Positions 8,357-18,208 of a DNA stretch of 64,000 nucleotides are shown piece by piece. Location of the stretch: contig NZ_JAQGNT010000062.1 of the NCBI RefSeq assembly GCF_028291725.1, forward strand, positions 2,966 through 66,965. Reading direction: 5' to 3'. Under the pieces are notes generated by a model that was given only the letters and a program-made list of their open reading frames with translations, was not told where the DNA came from and ran no database searches. The position numbers and the translations under genes are program-made. This DNA is from Hydrocarboniphaga sp. Its GTDB lineage: Bacteria > Pseudomonadota > Gammaproteobacteria > Nevskiales > Nevskiaceae. The first letter of the stretch is position 1; every line of letters begins with the position of its first letter.

Positions 8357-10702
8357 ATGAGTTCCATCGCCAACCGCCTTAACCAGACTATTCGCCAGAC
8401 TATTCTTCAGACCATCGCTGCCGAAATCGGCGCGCAGGCCCGGCAGGTCGACGCGGCGGTGAGTCTGCTCGACGAAGGCGCGACGGTTCCGTTCATCGCG
8501 CGCTACCGCAAGGAAGTCACCGGCGGACTCGACGACACGCAGCTGCGCAAACTCGAAGAACGGCTCGGTTATCTGCGCGAACTCGAGGATCGCCGCGAGG
8601 CGGTGATCGACTCGATCCGCAGCCAGGGGAAACTCGCCGACGAGCTTCACGCCAAGCTGCTGGCAGCGACGACCAAGTCCGAAGTCGAGGATCTTTATCT
8701 CCCATACAAGCCGAAGCGTCGCAGCCGCGCCGAAATCGCTCGCGAGCGCGGGCTGGAACCGCTGGCGGATTGCTTGCTGCAGGATCGCAAGCTGATTCCG
8801 ATCGAAGCGGCAGCCGCCTTCGTGCAAAACGAAGTCACCGACGTGATCACTGCTGTGAAAGGGGCGCTCGAAGGCGCGCGCGACATTCTGATGGAGCGCT
8901 TCAGCGAGGACGCGGCGCTGCTCGGCAAGCTGCGCCACTACCTGCGCGAGCGCGGCCTGCTGCGCTCGCGCGTGTTCGACGACAAGAAGGAATCGGGAGC
9001 CAAGTTCTCCGACTACTTCGAGCACAGCGAGCCCTGGTCGAAAGTCGCCGGGCATCGCGCGCTGGCGATGATGCGCGGACGCAACGAAGACATCCTGATG
9101 CTGGAAATCGAGATCGATGCCGACGACGTAGCGCCGGTGAAGCCGGTCGAACGCATGATCGCCGAGACCATGGCGATCCGCGCCGATGGCGGCGCGGCCG
9201 ACGCCTGGCTAATGGACGTGGTGCGCTGGACCTGGCGCGTGAAACTGTCGACGAACATTTCGGTCGACCTGATGATGGAGCTGCGCCAGCGCGCTGAAGC
9301 TGAGGCGATACAGGTGTTCGCCGATAATCTGAAGGATCTGCTGCTTGCCGCCCCTGCGGGCTCGCGGCCGACCCTCGGACTCGATCCGGGCGTGCGCACC
9401 GGCGTCAAGATCGCGGCGATCGACGGCACCGGCAAAGTGCTGGATACCTCGGTGATCTATCCGTTCCAGCCGCGCAACGACCTGCGCGGCTCGCAGGCCG
9501 AACTGGCACGTCTGATCAGGAAGCACGGCATCGAGCTGATCGCGATCGGCAATGGCACTGCCAGCCGCGAAACCGAAAAACTGGTCGCGGAACTATTGCC
9601 GCTGCTGCCGGAACCACGGCCGCGCAGCGTCGTCGTCAGTGAGGCCGGTGCATCGGTCTATTCGGCATCCGAGACCGCCGCCAACGAATTCCCGAATATG
9701 GACGTAACCCTGCGCGGCGCGGTGTCGATCGCGCGGCGCCTGCAGGACCCGCTGGCGGAGCTGGTGAAGATCGACCCCAAAGCGATCGGCGTTGGTCAGT
9801 ATCAACACGACGTCGACCAGTATCGCCTGGCGAAGTCGCTGGATGCGGTCGTCGAAGACGCGGTGAATGCGGTCGGTGTCGATCTCAATACTGCGTCGGC
9901 TTCGCTGTTGTCGCGCGTGTCCGGGCTCAGCAGCAACCTGGCCGAAGCGATCGTCGTGCACCGCAATGCCAGCGGCGCATTCAAGACCCGCAAGCAGCTG
10001 CTCGACGTCACCCGCCTTGGACCGAAGACTTTCGAGCAGTGCGCCGGATTCCTGCGTATCCGCGACGGCGCCGAGCCGCTCGATGCCTCGTCGGTACATC
10101 CCGAGGCCTACTCGGTCGCGAGCCGCATCGTGAGGGCTTGCGGGCGCGATCTGCGCAGCCTGATGAGCGACAGCGCGGCGCTGAAAAAGCTCGACCCGCG
10201 CGATTTCGTCGACGCGCGTTTCGGCCTGCCGACGGTGCGTGACATCCTCACTGAGTTGGAGAAGCCCGGCCGCGATCCGCGCCCGGAATTCCGCACGGCG
10301 ACTTTCGCCGAAGGCGTCAACGAAGTCGCCGACCTGAAGCCCGGCATGATGCTCGAGGGCACGGTCACCAATGTCGCCGCGTTCGGCGCCTTCGTCGATA
10401 TCGGCGTGCATCAGGACGGTCTCGTCCACGTCTCACAACTCTCCGACCGCTTCGTCAAAGATCCGCGTGACGTGGTCAAGGCGGGGCAGATCGTCAAGGT
10501 ACGCGTCGTCGATGTGGATCTGAAACGTCAGCGCATCGCGCTGTCGATGAAGAAGGACGACGGCAGCACGCCGACGGTCGCCGGCTCGCGCAGCGACAGC
10601 ACGCGGGCACCGGACCGGCGCAGCACCAGGCCGCCGGCGAAAACTGCAGCACCGGTGGGTTCGCTGGGCTCGGCGCTCGCCGACGCGTTCAAGCGCAAAT
10701 AG
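8357..10702 (+). CDS. tex: Tex-like transcription accessory protein (S1 RNA-binding domain)
   Basis: 781 aa. N-terminal [19 protein letters not shown], YqgF/RuvX-like and HhH regions, and C-terminal S1 domain [28 protein letters not shown]. Confidence 0.95.
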   Translation: MSSIANRLNQTIRQTILQTIAAEIGAQARQVDAAVSLLDEGATVPFIARYRKEVTGGLDDTQLRKLEERLGYLRELEDRREAVIDSIRSQGKLADELHAKLLAATTKSEVEDLYLPYKPKRRSRAEIARERGLEPLADCLLQDRKLIPIEAAAAFVQNEVTDVITAVKGALEGARDILMERFSEDAALLGKLRHYLRERGLLRSRVFDDKKESGAKFSDYFEHSEPWSKVAGHRALAMMRGRNEDILMLEIEIDADDVAPVKPVERMIAETMAIRADGGAADAWLMDVVRWTWRVKLSTNISVDLMMELRQRAEAEAIQVFADNLKDLLLAAPAGSRPTLGLDPGVRTGVKIAAIDGTGKVLDTSVIYPFQPRNDLRGSQAELARLIRKHGIELIAIGNGTASRETEKLVAELLPLLPEPRPRSVVVSEAGASVYSASETAANEFPNMDVTLRGAVSIARRLQDPLAELVKIDPKAIGVGQYQHDVDQYRLAKSLDAVVEDAVNAVGVDLNTASASLLSRVSGLSSNLAEAIVVHRNASGAFKTRKQLLDVTRLGPKTFEQCAGFLRIRDGAEPLDASSVHPEAYSVASRIVRACGRDLRSLMSDSAALKKLDPRDFVDARFGLPTVRDILTELEKPGRDPRPEFRTATFAEGVNEVADLKPGMMLEGTVTNVAAFGAFVDIGVHQDGLVHVSQLSDRFVKDPRDVVKAGQIVKVRVVDVDLKRQRIALSMKKDDGSTPTVAGSRSDSTRAPDRRSTRPPAKTAAPVGSLGSALADAFKRK

Positions 10703-10707
10703 CAGCA

Positions 10708-10860
10708 TCAGCGAAACCCCGTTCCTCCCGAGGAGCCGGGCTCCTGCGCCAGCCAGTCAATGAACACGCGCACGCGCGGCGACAGCTGGCGGTACTTCGG
10801 GTACAGCAGCGACACCGGCAACGGTGTCGGCGGATGCGCCGGCAGGACCTGCAGCGGCAG
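10708..10860 (-). pseudogene. C-terminal remnant of a LysR-family regulator
   Basis: The translation ends ILPLQVLPAHPPTPLPVSLLYPKYRQLSPRVRVFIDWLAQE, the typical last ~45 residues of LysR substrate-binding domains. No HTH or remainder of the gene lies upstream. Confidence 0.5.
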
Positions 10861-11022
10861 GATGCGGCATCGGCACCGCCGTCGCGCAGCGCCTGGCGAC
10901 CGACGGCTTACGCCATGGTCGTCAACAAGGCCGGCAACGCCGCCGCGGTCGCCTTCCTGGCTGGCCCGGACGGCGGCTGGAACAACCATCAGACCCTGCG
11001 CGCCCACGACGGCATGGTCTGA
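10860..11022 (+). pseudogene. Short-chain dehydrogenase/reductase remnant (N-terminal motif, frame change, C-terminal tail)
   Basis: GCGIGTAVAQRLATDG (TGxxxGIG-type cofactor motif) in one frame. YAMVVNKAGNAAAVAFLAGPDGGWNNHQTLRAHDGMV-stop (typical SDR C-terminus) in another. About 180 internal residues are missing. Confidence 0.45.
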
Positions 11023-11271
11023 GAAATCCCCAGTAAATCGGCTGCGGCGAGCCGATGGGTAACTCGGTCGGTCGGGCGGGCGGGCGCGAGCGACCGCTGG
11101 CCGAGGCTCCGCGAGGCCGCTCGGCGTAGCCTGGATTACTAAAACTTACTTACTGATTGATAAGTTTTAACAATGGCGAGCATTACAACTGACGATTGGG
11201 AAAGCGGAGGCCGCGCCCTCAGAATTCCTCCCATCGCAGCAAGATCTGCCGTCAGCTTCAAGGAGTCACCC

Positions 11272-11514
11272 ATGAAAACCATCTTCCCCAGCCTTTCCAG
11301 CCTGTTCGTCACCTGGGCGTCCGCCGGCCAGTACGGCGAGGTCGCCGAGATCGATGCCACCGGCGACGAAGCTCCCGCCGCGCCCGGCAAGGTCCACACC
11401 CTGGCCAGCGGCAACCGCAAGAAGGCCGTCGGCGGCGTTCAGCAGTTCGGCGTCAGCGTCGGCGAGCCGAAGTACATTGACGGCTCGATGCTGGTGAAGC
11501 GCAAGATCGCCTGA
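11272..11514 (+). CDS. hypothetical small secreted protein (80 aa)
   Basis: AGGAG RBS 6 nt upstream of the ATG. Signal-peptide-like MKTIFPSLSSLFVTWASA. Followed by an intrinsic terminator and lies in an AT-richer segment. Confidence 0.5.
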   Translation: MKTIFPSLSSLFVTWASAGQYGEVAEIDATGDEAPAAPGKVHTLASGNRKKAVGGVQQFGVSVGEPKYIDGSMLVKRKIA

Positions 11515-11532
11515 CAACAGGCTGCATCGGCC

Positions 11533-11570
11533 AAGGCCCATCGCTCGCAGGAGCGATGGGCCTTTTTGTT
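11533..11570 (+). terminator. Rho-independent terminator
   Basis: aaggcccatcgctc-gcag-gagcgatgggcctt followed by TTTTTGTT. Confidence 0.75.
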
Positions 11571-11899
11571 GTCGCGACACTGATTTGCGCTGCGTTCAGC
11601 AGCGACCGTCGAGAATGAATTTCTTACATCGAAAGCATCGAAAGCTTTGATATCTGCGATCGGGCAATCGGATATCAAACTATTTTGAAATCACCCTGAA
11701 CTTATTGCCTGCATGCCTCTCTAATCCTGTGAATGTGGATCTCTCCCTTTTCACATTCTCCGTCTTCACTCCCTAGACGGATCTGGTTTCCCCAAGCCAG
11801 AAACTCTTGCCTCGCGAGTCCCACCCCTGGCTCGCGGGGCATTTTCTTTTTTGCGGCGCAATTTTCAGCGAGGCCTCGGTTGCGCATCGGGCCGCGCAC

Positions 11900-11923
11900 G
11901 TCGGCAAAGGATTGCCGACCTAC
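11900..11923. repeat. REP family 1 single unit (reverse orientation)
   Basis: gtcggcaaaggattgccgacctac, preceded by a ttgcgcatcg spacer-like sequence shared with the paired copies. Confidence 0.8.
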
Positions 11924-12030
11924 GGTGCGACGTAACAGTCCCGATACCTTGCCGCGGTGATCGCAGCCGAGTGGCGGCTCTACAATAGCCGCCCGAAACG
12001 AACACCTCAGCTTGCAAGGATCAACGGCTT

Positions 12031-14010
12031 ATGTGGATCGAACTTCCGCCACGCAGACGGCGGACATTCGAAGCAGTCAGGGACGTATACGAGGAAAAAC
12101 GCAGCTTCGCCCAGCGCGTCACCGTCGCGGTAGTGCTCGTACTGCTGATGGTCGGTCTCCTCGTCGGCAAGCTGGTCGGCATCCAGTTGCTGCAACACGA
12201 CTACTACTCGACTCGCGCCGACGCCAACCGCACCCGCCTGGTGCCGGTGGCGCCGGTGCGCGGCCTGATCTACGACCGTAACGGCGTCGTGCTGGCGCAG
12301 AACCAGGCGAGCTTCGTACTCGAAATCACGCCGGAGAAAGTCCAGGGTCTGGACGACACGCTCAAACGCCTGGCGTCCGACGTGCGCATCACCGACCGCG
12401 ACATCGCACGCTTCAAGGATCGCATGCGGCGCACGCCGCGCTATCGTGCGGTACCGCTGCGCACGCATCTGTCGCTGGAGGAAGTCGCGCGCTTCGAGCA
12501 GGACCGCTACGAGTACCAGGGCGTCGAGGTCAGCGCGCAGCTATCGCGCGAATATCCGATGGATACCCAGACCGCGCACCTGATCGGCTACGTCGGCGGC
12601 ATATCGGAGGCCGACTACGCCAACCTCGATCCCGACCAGTACCAGGGCCTGAACCAGATCGGCAAATCCGGCATCGAGCAGAGCCATGAAGACGAGCTGC
12701 GCGGCAGCCCCGGCAGCAAGGTGATGGAAGTCAATGCCGACGGCCGGCCTCTGAACGAGCTCGGCTATCGCCCGGGCAAGGGCGGCAAGGATCTGGTGCT
12801 GTCGATCGACGCCAGGCTGCAGAGCGTGACCGTGCAGGAGTTCGCGGATCTGGATGGCGCGGCCGTCGCGATCGATCCGAAAACCGGCGAAGTGCTGGCG
12901 CTGGTCAGCACGCCGGGTTTCTCGCCGGCGCCTTTCGTCGACGGCATCGACAACGACTCCTACCAGGCGCTGCTGAGCGATCCGCGGCGGCCACTGTACA
13001 ACCGTGCGGTGCTCGGAACCTATCCCTCGGGCTCGACGATCAAGCCGTTTCTGGGCATCGCCGGCCTGTACTACGGCGCCATCAGCACGACCAAGACGAT
13101 CTTCGATCCGGGCTATTTCCAGCTGCCCGGCGTGGCGCGCAAGTATCGCTGCGACCGCCGCAGCGGCCACGGCTGGCTGGCGCTGGACCAGGCGATCGCG
13201 CAGTCCTGCGACGTCTACTTCTATCAGACCGCGGTGAACCTCGGCATCGATCACATCGACGAAATGCTGGCCCGCTTCGGCTTCGGCAAACTGACCGGCG
13301 TCGATATCCCCAACGAGAAGGCCGGCATCCTGCCGTCGCGCGAATGGAAGCGCCGCGTCTACCGGCAGAACTGGTATCTGGGCGAGACCGTGAACATGGG
13401 CGTCGGCCAGGGTTATTTCACGGTGACGCCGATGGAGCTGGCGCAGGCCGCGGCGCGCCTGTCCACGCGCGGCGGTGGCTTCAAACCGCACCTGGTTCAC
13501 GCAAGCATCGATACCGCAACCGGCGAGAAGCGGGAACAGCTACCCGAAGCACTGCCGCCGATCTCGGACGTCGCGCCGGCGATCTACGACGAGGTGATCC
13601 GCGCGATGGGCATGGCGACTCAGGGCCCGACCGGCACCGCCTACGCAGTGTTCAAGGACGCGCCTTACACCGTCGGCGGCAAGACCGGCACCGCCCAGGT
13701 CGCCGGCCTGCGCCAGGACGAGGCCTACGCGCCGAAGATCGACCGCATCCCCAAACATCTGCGCGATCATGCGCTGTTCATCGCGTTCGCGCCGATCACC
13801 GATCCGAAGATCGCGGTCGCCGTGATCGTCGAGCACGCCGGCTTCGGCGCGACCTCGGCCGCGCCGATCGCGCGCCAGATGATCGACCAGTACCTGCTCG
13901 GCAAGGTGCTGTTCCGCGCGCCGCAGCCGGTGGTGCTGGCGACGCCCGAAGAGCAGGCGCCGGCCGATGCCGACGACGCCGTTCCCGACCCGGCGCCACC
14001 GGCGCAGTAG
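12031..14010 (+). CDS. mrdA: Penicillin-binding protein 2 (elongasome transpeptidase)
   Basis: 659 aa. N-terminal TM and PBP dimerisation domain (RGLIYDRNGVVLAQN). Transpeptidase motifs SGSTIKP (SxxK), SCDVYF (SxN-like) and KTGTAQ (KTG). Confidence 0.9.
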   Translation: MWIELPPRRRRTFEAVRDVYEEKRSFAQRVTVAVVLVLLMVGLLVGKLVGIQLLQHDYYSTRADANRTRLVPVAPVRGLIYDRNGVVLAQNQASFVLEITPEKVQGLDDTLKRLASDVRITDRDIARFKDRMRRTPRYRAVPLRTHLSLEEVARFEQDRYEYQGVEVSAQLSREYPMDTQTAHLIGYVGGISEADYANLDPDQYQGLNQIGKSGIEQSHEDELRGSPGSKVMEVNADGRPLNELGYRPGKGGKDLVLSIDARLQSVTVQEFADLDGAAVAIDPKTGEVLALVSTPGFSPAPFVDGIDNDSYQALLSDPRRPLYNRAVLGTYPSGSTIKPFLGIAGLYYGAISTTKTIFDPGYFQLPGVARKYRCDRRSGHGWLALDQAIAQSCDVYFYQTAVNLGIDHIDEMLARFGFGKLTGVDIPNEKAGILPSREWKRRVYRQNWYLGETVNMGVGQGYFTVTPMELAQAAARLSTRGGGFKPHLVHASIDTATGEKREQLPEALPPISDVAPAIYDEVIRAMGMATQGPTGTAYAVFKDAPYTVGGKTGTAQVAGLRQDEAYAPKIDRIPKHLRDHALFIAFAPITDPKIAVAVIVEHAGFGATSAAPIARQMIDQYLLGKVLFRAPQPVVLATPEEQAPADADDAVPDPAPPAQ

Positions 14011-14098
14011 CGCGGCGGACCCGCGCCAGACGTGAGCCAGTTCTCATGTTGGGTCCGGGACTGATAAGTTGTGGGGGCGCCCCTCGCCGACACAGCGG

Positions 14099-14359
14099 AT
14101 GACCGACAGGCTGGCCCAGGATTGCAGTGTGCTGCTCATCGACGTCGCCGGCTCGGTGCAGCTGCGCCGCGACGTCGGTGAGGTGGCCGCCGGCCGCCAG
14201 ATCATGCACTTACTGGACTCGGCCATCGCCACCGCACGCGCGCACGGCGCGAGCTTCATCAAGGCCTACGGCGACGACATGCTCGCGATCTTCGAAAACG
14301 ATGCGATCGCTGCCGCCGCCAATGTAGCGATACTGGCGCGCCTTGACATTCGACGGTGA
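14099..14359 (+). CDS. Truncated class III nucleotidyl cyclase-like domain protein (first half of fold only), possibly the 5-prime part of a frameshifted gene
   Basis: CSVLLIDVAGSVQL...HGASFIKAYGDDMLAIFENDAIAAAANVAI matches the beta1-alpha1-beta2-beta3-alpha2 pattern (F.D..G...GG..K..GD..lavF) of cyclase homology domains. It stops after ~86 aa. Confidence 0.4.
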   Translation: MTDRLAQDCSVLLIDVAGSVQLRRDVGEVAAGRQIMHLLDSAIATARAHGASFIKAYGDDMLAIFENDAIAAAANVAILARLDIRR

Positions 14360-14654
14360 CGAGAAAAAGCACCGGCTCGGGCGCGGCCCCGCCTGTGAAC
14401 TGCCGATCGCCGATCCCGAACTGCGCATTTCGACCACACACCTGGTCGTCGATTGCATCGATGGCTACTGGTTCGTGCAGGACATCAGCCGCAATGGCTC
14501 CTGGCTGCTCAGCGCCGACAGCGCACACGAGATGCAAATGCCCTACTGCCAGAGGGCGATGCTGCCGCAATCCGGCAGCCTGTCGCTGGGCCGGCCGGCG
14601 TCGCTCGATCCGGCGCAGCAGTTCTCGGTCCGGTTCAGAATCGAGCCGGCCTGA
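14343..14654 (+). CDS. FHA domain protein
   Basis: HRLGRGPACELPIADPELRISTTHLVVDCIDGYWFVQDISRNGSWL fits the FHA pattern (GR...cd..i.d...vSr.H..i....g.w.v.D..S.NG). TTG start overlaps the previous ORF by 17 nt in another frame. Confidence 0.55.
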   Translation: MTFDGDEKKHRLGRGPACELPIADPELRISTTHLVVDCIDGYWFVQDISRNGSWLLSADSAHEMQMPYCQRAMLPQSGSLSLGRPASLDPAQQFSVRFRIEPA

Positions 14655-14671
14655 AACGCAAGCTATTCCAC

Positions 14672-15121
14672 ATGCTGCCAGCCGAATTCCCGGGCATTGC
14701 GCGCAACCGTTCCATGCCGGGCGGCGTGGTCATTCCGGTGCTGTACTACCCGAGCGCAGTCGACGCGGCACGCTGGCTGTGCGAGGCCTTCGGTTTCAGC
14801 GAAAGACTCCGGATTGGCGGGCATCGCGTGCAGATCGACATCGGCGGCGCAGCCGGCGCGGTCGTCGCGGCGATGCGTCCCGATGCATATCCGGCCGCGG
14901 AAAATAGCGGCCATTCGCTGATGGTCCGCATCGACGATGTCGATGCGCATTGCGCGCGGGCGCAATCCCGGGGAGCACGCATCCTGGCAGCGCCGGCGGA
15001 CTATCCCTATGGCGAACGGCAATATTCCGTGGCCGATTGCGGCGGCCACGCCTGGACGTTTTCACAGACGCTCGCCGACATCGACCCGGCGAGCTGGGGC
15101 GGTGTCGAGCCGCCGTTTTGA
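14672..15121 (+). CDS. VOC (glyoxalase/bleomycin-resistance/dioxygenase) family protein
   Basis: VIPVLYYPSAVDAARWLCEAFGF...HSLMVRIDDVDAHCARAQSRGARILAAPADYPYGERQYSVADCGGHAWTF is a typical paired beta-alpha-beta-beta-beta module. Alternative start at 14714. Confidence 0.8.
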   Translation: MLPAEFPGIARNRSMPGGVVIPVLYYPSAVDAARWLCEAFGFSERLRIGGHRVQIDIGGAAGAVVAAMRPDAYPAAENSGHSLMVRIDDVDAHCARAQSRGARILAAPADYPYGERQYSVADCGGHAWTFSQTLADIDPASWGGVEPPF

Positions 15122-15139
15122 TCCAAACGATGGCCCACG

Positions 15140-15754
15140 CTACTCGGCCTTGATCGACTCCATCTGGATGCGCAGGGTCACGTCCATCTTGAACCCGTAG
15201 TCCTTGCCGGCCGTCAGTCCAAAGTCATCACGCTTGAACGTGGCGATCGCGTCGGCGCCGCAGAGTTCGCGCTTGAGCATCGGATGCGGGATGCAATTGA
15301 ACAGATCGATATTCAGCACCAGCGGCTTGGTCACGCCGTGCAGGTTCAGATCGCCGACGACATGGGTCGGGTACCCGTTGACGAAGTCGGTGAGCCGGCC
15401 CTTGTAAGTCGCCTTCGGATATTTCGCGACGTCGAAAAATTCGTCCGACACCGCGTGCTCGTTCATTTTCTTGTGGCCGAAATCGACACTGGACAGGTCG
15501 ACGACGACATCGACGCTGCCGGTCTTGGCCTCGCGATCGAGCACCATGCTGCCGCTGCTGCGGTCGAACTTGCCGCGCCAGACCGACACGCCCATGTGGT
15601 CGGCCTCGAAGCTCGGGAACGTATGCTCCGGGTCCATCTTGTAGGTCGCCGGCGCGGCGCTGGCAAAGCTCACCGGCAGCAGCACCAGCAGCGGGATCAG
15701 TATCTTTCCCGGCATTTTTTTCGGCATCTTCTTCGGCGTCGGCATGGCGTTCAT
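15140..15754 (-). CDS. YceI family periplasmic polyisoprenoid-binding protein
   Basis: Signal peptide, then [27 protein letters not shown]...[18 protein letters not shown]...[15 protein letters not shown], the YceI-like signature. Confidence 0.9.
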   Translation of the reverse strand: MNAMPTPKKMPKKMPGKILIPLLVLLPVSFASAAPATYKMDPEHTFPSFEADHMGVSVWRGKFDRSSGSMVLDREAKTGSVDVVVDLSSVDFGHKKMNEHAVSDEFFDVAKYPKATYKGRLTDFVNGYPTHVVGDLNLHGVTKPLVLNIDLFNCIPHPMLKRELCGADAIATFKRDDFGLTAGKDYGFKMDVTLRIQMESIKAE

Positions 15755-16404
15755 TCCTCCGGAAATATCTTCAGGTAAGGCTCAGCTTCGCACAGTACGC
15801 GCGCGTACGACGGACGTTGCTGCAGGCGGTCGAAGTAGGCCGCGATATTCGGATACTGGCCGCGGAACGGCTGCACTTTTTCCGCATAGAACAGCGCCGG
15901 CGCCGCCGAGCAATCCGCCATCGTGAAGTCGGCGCCCAGCGCCCAGGTGCGCGTCGCCATCTGCGCATCGATCAGTGCATAGGCGGTGTTCAGGCCGGCG
16001 CGCGCCGCCGCAACGCCAAATGCATCGCGTTGCCCGGCCGGACGCAGCCGGTCGCCGACGATCTTCTGCATCGGTTCGCTGACGTAGTGATCATAGAAGC
16101 GGTCCAGCAGCCGGATATCGCGCGCGGTCTCGGCGTCGGCCGACATCAGCGCGCTGCGGCCGGGATGATGCAGCGCCAGATACTCGATGATGATGCTCGA
16201 CTCCGGCACGAGCCGGTCGCGGGCCTCGTCGCGCAGTACCGGGAACTTGCCGATCGGCCAGATCTTCAGAAAGTCGCCACGCGAGGTTTCATTGCCCAGA
16301 TCGACGATCACCGGCTCGAACGCCGCGCCGCTTTCGTAAAGCGCAATCAGCACTTTCTGGCAGAACGATGACATCGGGTGCAGGTACACGGTCAGTGTCA
16401 TCAC
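15751..16404 (-). CDS. Glutathione S-transferase
   Basis: N-terminal thioredoxin-like fold ([19 protein letters not shown]...FPVLRDE...[12 protein letters not shown]) and helical C-terminal domain. 4-nt overlap with the yceI start. Confidence 0.9.
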   Translation of the reverse strand: MMTLTVYLHPMSSFCQKVLIALYESGAAFEPVIVDLGNETSRGDFLKIWPIGKFPVLRDEARDRLVPESSIIIEYLALHHPGRSALMSADAETARDIRLLDRFYDHYVSEPMQKIVGDRLRPAGQRDAFGVAAARAGLNTAYALIDAQMATRTWALGADFTMADCSAAPALFYAEKVQPFRGQYPNIAAYFDRLQQRPSYARVLCEAEPYLKIFPEE

Positions 16405-16414
16405 GCCTCTCCCG

Positions 16415-16771
16415 TCAGAGCTGCACCAACGGCTTGAAGCCGCCCCAGAACATGCGCTTGCCGTCGAAAGGCGCGTTCTGCGGGCCCATGCCGGCGAGCC
16501 GCGGATCGCTCATCACCTTGGCATTGATGCGGTCACGATCACTGCGCGACTTGTAGATGATGTAGGAGAAGATCACGACCTCGTCGGGCTTGAGCTTCAC
16601 GCTCTGCGGGAACGAGGTCAGCTTGCCGGGCAGCACGTCGTCGGCGATCCATTCCCGGTATTCCAGCGCACCGTATTCGCGCCAGATCTTGCCGGCCTTG
16701 CGCGCCAGGCGACGATACGCGGCGAGATTCGCCTTGGGTACCGGCACCACGAATCCATCGACGTAAGCCAT
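16415..16771 (-). CDS. DUF1428 family protein
   Basis: MAYVDGFVVPVPKANLAAYRRLARKAGKIWREYGALEY...VIFSYIIYKSRSDRDRINAKVMSDPR. AGGAG RBS (gcgaggagaatattcATG). The longer track ORF reads through a REP unit. Confidence 0.8.
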   Translation of the reverse strand: MAYVDGFVVPVPKANLAAYRRLARKAGKIWREYGALEYREWIADDVLPGKLTSFPQSVKLKPDEVVIFSYIIYKSRSDRDRINAKVMSDPRLAGMGPQNAPFDGKRMFWGGFKPLVQL

Positions 16772-16794
16772 GAATATTCTCCTCGCAGGTCTTC

Positions 16795-16818
16795 GTAGGT
16801 CGGCAATCCCTTGCCGAC
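16795..16818. repeat. REP family 1 single unit (forward orientation)
   Basis: gtaggtcggcaatcccttgccgac, followed by gtgtac as in the copy at 2431. Confidence 0.85.
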
Positions 16819-16849
16819 GTGTACTACGAATCCCAACAGGACACATCAC

Positions 16850-18208
16850 TCACGTCAAGCGCGGCAGCCACACGCCGACGCGCAGGCCGCCGCCTTCACG
16901 ATCGTCCAGCAGCAGGCGGCCACCGTAGCGCCTGACGATATCGGCGACGATCGCCAGGCCCAGGCCCGAGCCCTGCACGTCCAGCGTGCGCGCCTGGTCG
17001 AGCCGGTAGAACGGCTCGAGCACCAGCTCGCGCTGATCAGCCGGAATACCGGGGCCGCGATCCTCGATGCGGATCTCGGCCTCGCTGCCGCGCTCGATCA
17101 CGCTGAGTTCGGCCGCGCCGGCGTGCTTCAGCGCATTGCCGATCAGGTTGTCGAGCACCCGTGCCAGCGCCGCGCCGCGCACCGCGACGAAGATCGGCGA
17201 CAGCGGCGGCGTGAACGACACCGGCTGCTGCAGCTCCCGGTACGAGTCGGCCTGCTGTTGCGCGATCTTCACCACGTCCACCGGCTCGGCAACTTCGACG
17301 GCCGAATCGAGCCGCGCCAGCGTCAGCGTGTCGCGCAGCAACTGCTGCATGTGGCCGAGATCGAGAACGGCGCGCTCGCGCTGCGTCGCGTCATCGATGT
17401 ATTCGACGCGTAGCCGCAGCCGCGTCAGATAGGTGCCGAGATCGTGGCTGATCGCGGCGAGCATGCGCGTGCGGCCGTCGAGCAGGCCGCGCACGCGATC
17501 GCGCATCAGGTCGAAGGCGGTCACCAGCTGCTGCACTTCCCGCACGTTCGAGCGCGGCAGGGCGGCACCGTCGATCTGCTGGCCAAAGCGCTCGACCGCG
17601 CCGGCCAGGGTTTCCAGCGGGCGGACCTGGCGCTTCAGGCTCCAGGCCGAGAACAGCACGGTCAACAGGATCAGCAGCGCGGTGCCGGTGACCAGTTGCC
17701 CGGCCAGCGGTCGCGCCAGCAGGCCGCTGTGGATGTCGATGATCGCGACCCGGCCGTCGCGCAGCTCCACGCGCAATTGCAGCGGCTGCCCGGTGCGCAG
17801 GCTGTTGCGGCCCAGCAGCGCCGCGAGCCGGCCGCGCGGCGGCTGCGCGGTGCCGGCCGCCGCGCCGACACCGATATCGACACGACGATCGCCCAGCTCG
17901 CGCTTCAGCAGGTACAACACGGCAGGGAAATCCGCCTCGGCGGCGGCGGGTTCGACCCAGCCGCCCGGCTGCAGACGCACATCGAGATCGTCGTCGTCGC
18001 TCAAGGACCGCAGCAGCCAATACTCCGCCGTCGGCGGACTCGCCTCCAGCAGCTTGACGATCGCGGCGACGCGCGCCGGCAGCGGCAGAACCGGGTCTTC
18101 GCTGCTCTCGGCCTCGCGCTGCAGCAGGAACGCGCCGCCGGTGATCAGCATCGCCAGCAGCATCGCGCCGACCATCACCACGGTCACGCGCAGCGTCAGG
18201 CCGAACAT
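16850..18208 (-). CDS. Sensor histidine kinase (two TM segments, HAMP, HisKA, HATPase_c)
   Basis: H-box AAISHDLGTYLTRL, N-box LDNLIGNALKHA, G-boxes EDRGPGIP and GSGLGLAIV. Start overlaps the stop of the upstream response regulator (TGATG). Confidence 0.9.
   Translation of the reverse strand: MFGLTLRVTVVMVGAMLLAMLITGGAFLLQREAESSEDPVLPLPARVAAIVKLLEASPPTAEYWLLRSLSDDDDLDVRLQPGGWVEPAAAEADFPAVLYLLKRELGDRRVDIGVGAAAGTAQPPRGRLAALLGRNSLRTGQPLQLRVELRDGRVAIIDIHSGLLARPLAGQLVTGTALLILLTVLFSAWSLKRQVRPLETLAGAVERFGQQIDGAALPRSNVREVQQLVTAFDLMRDRVRGLLDGRTRMLAAISHDLGTYLTRLRLRVEYIDDATQRERAVLDLGHMQQLLRDTLTLARLDSAVEVAEPVDVVKIAQQQADSYRELQQPVSFTPPLSPIFVAVRGAALARVLDNLIGNALKHAGAAELSVIERGSEAEIRIEDRGPGIPADQRELVLEPFYRLDQARTLDVQGSGLGLAIVADIVRRYGGRLLLDDREGGGLRVGVWLPRLT

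Noticed and set aside
8258-9055. 265-aa minus-strand ORF
   Set aside because: It is antisense to tex and no motif is recognisable.
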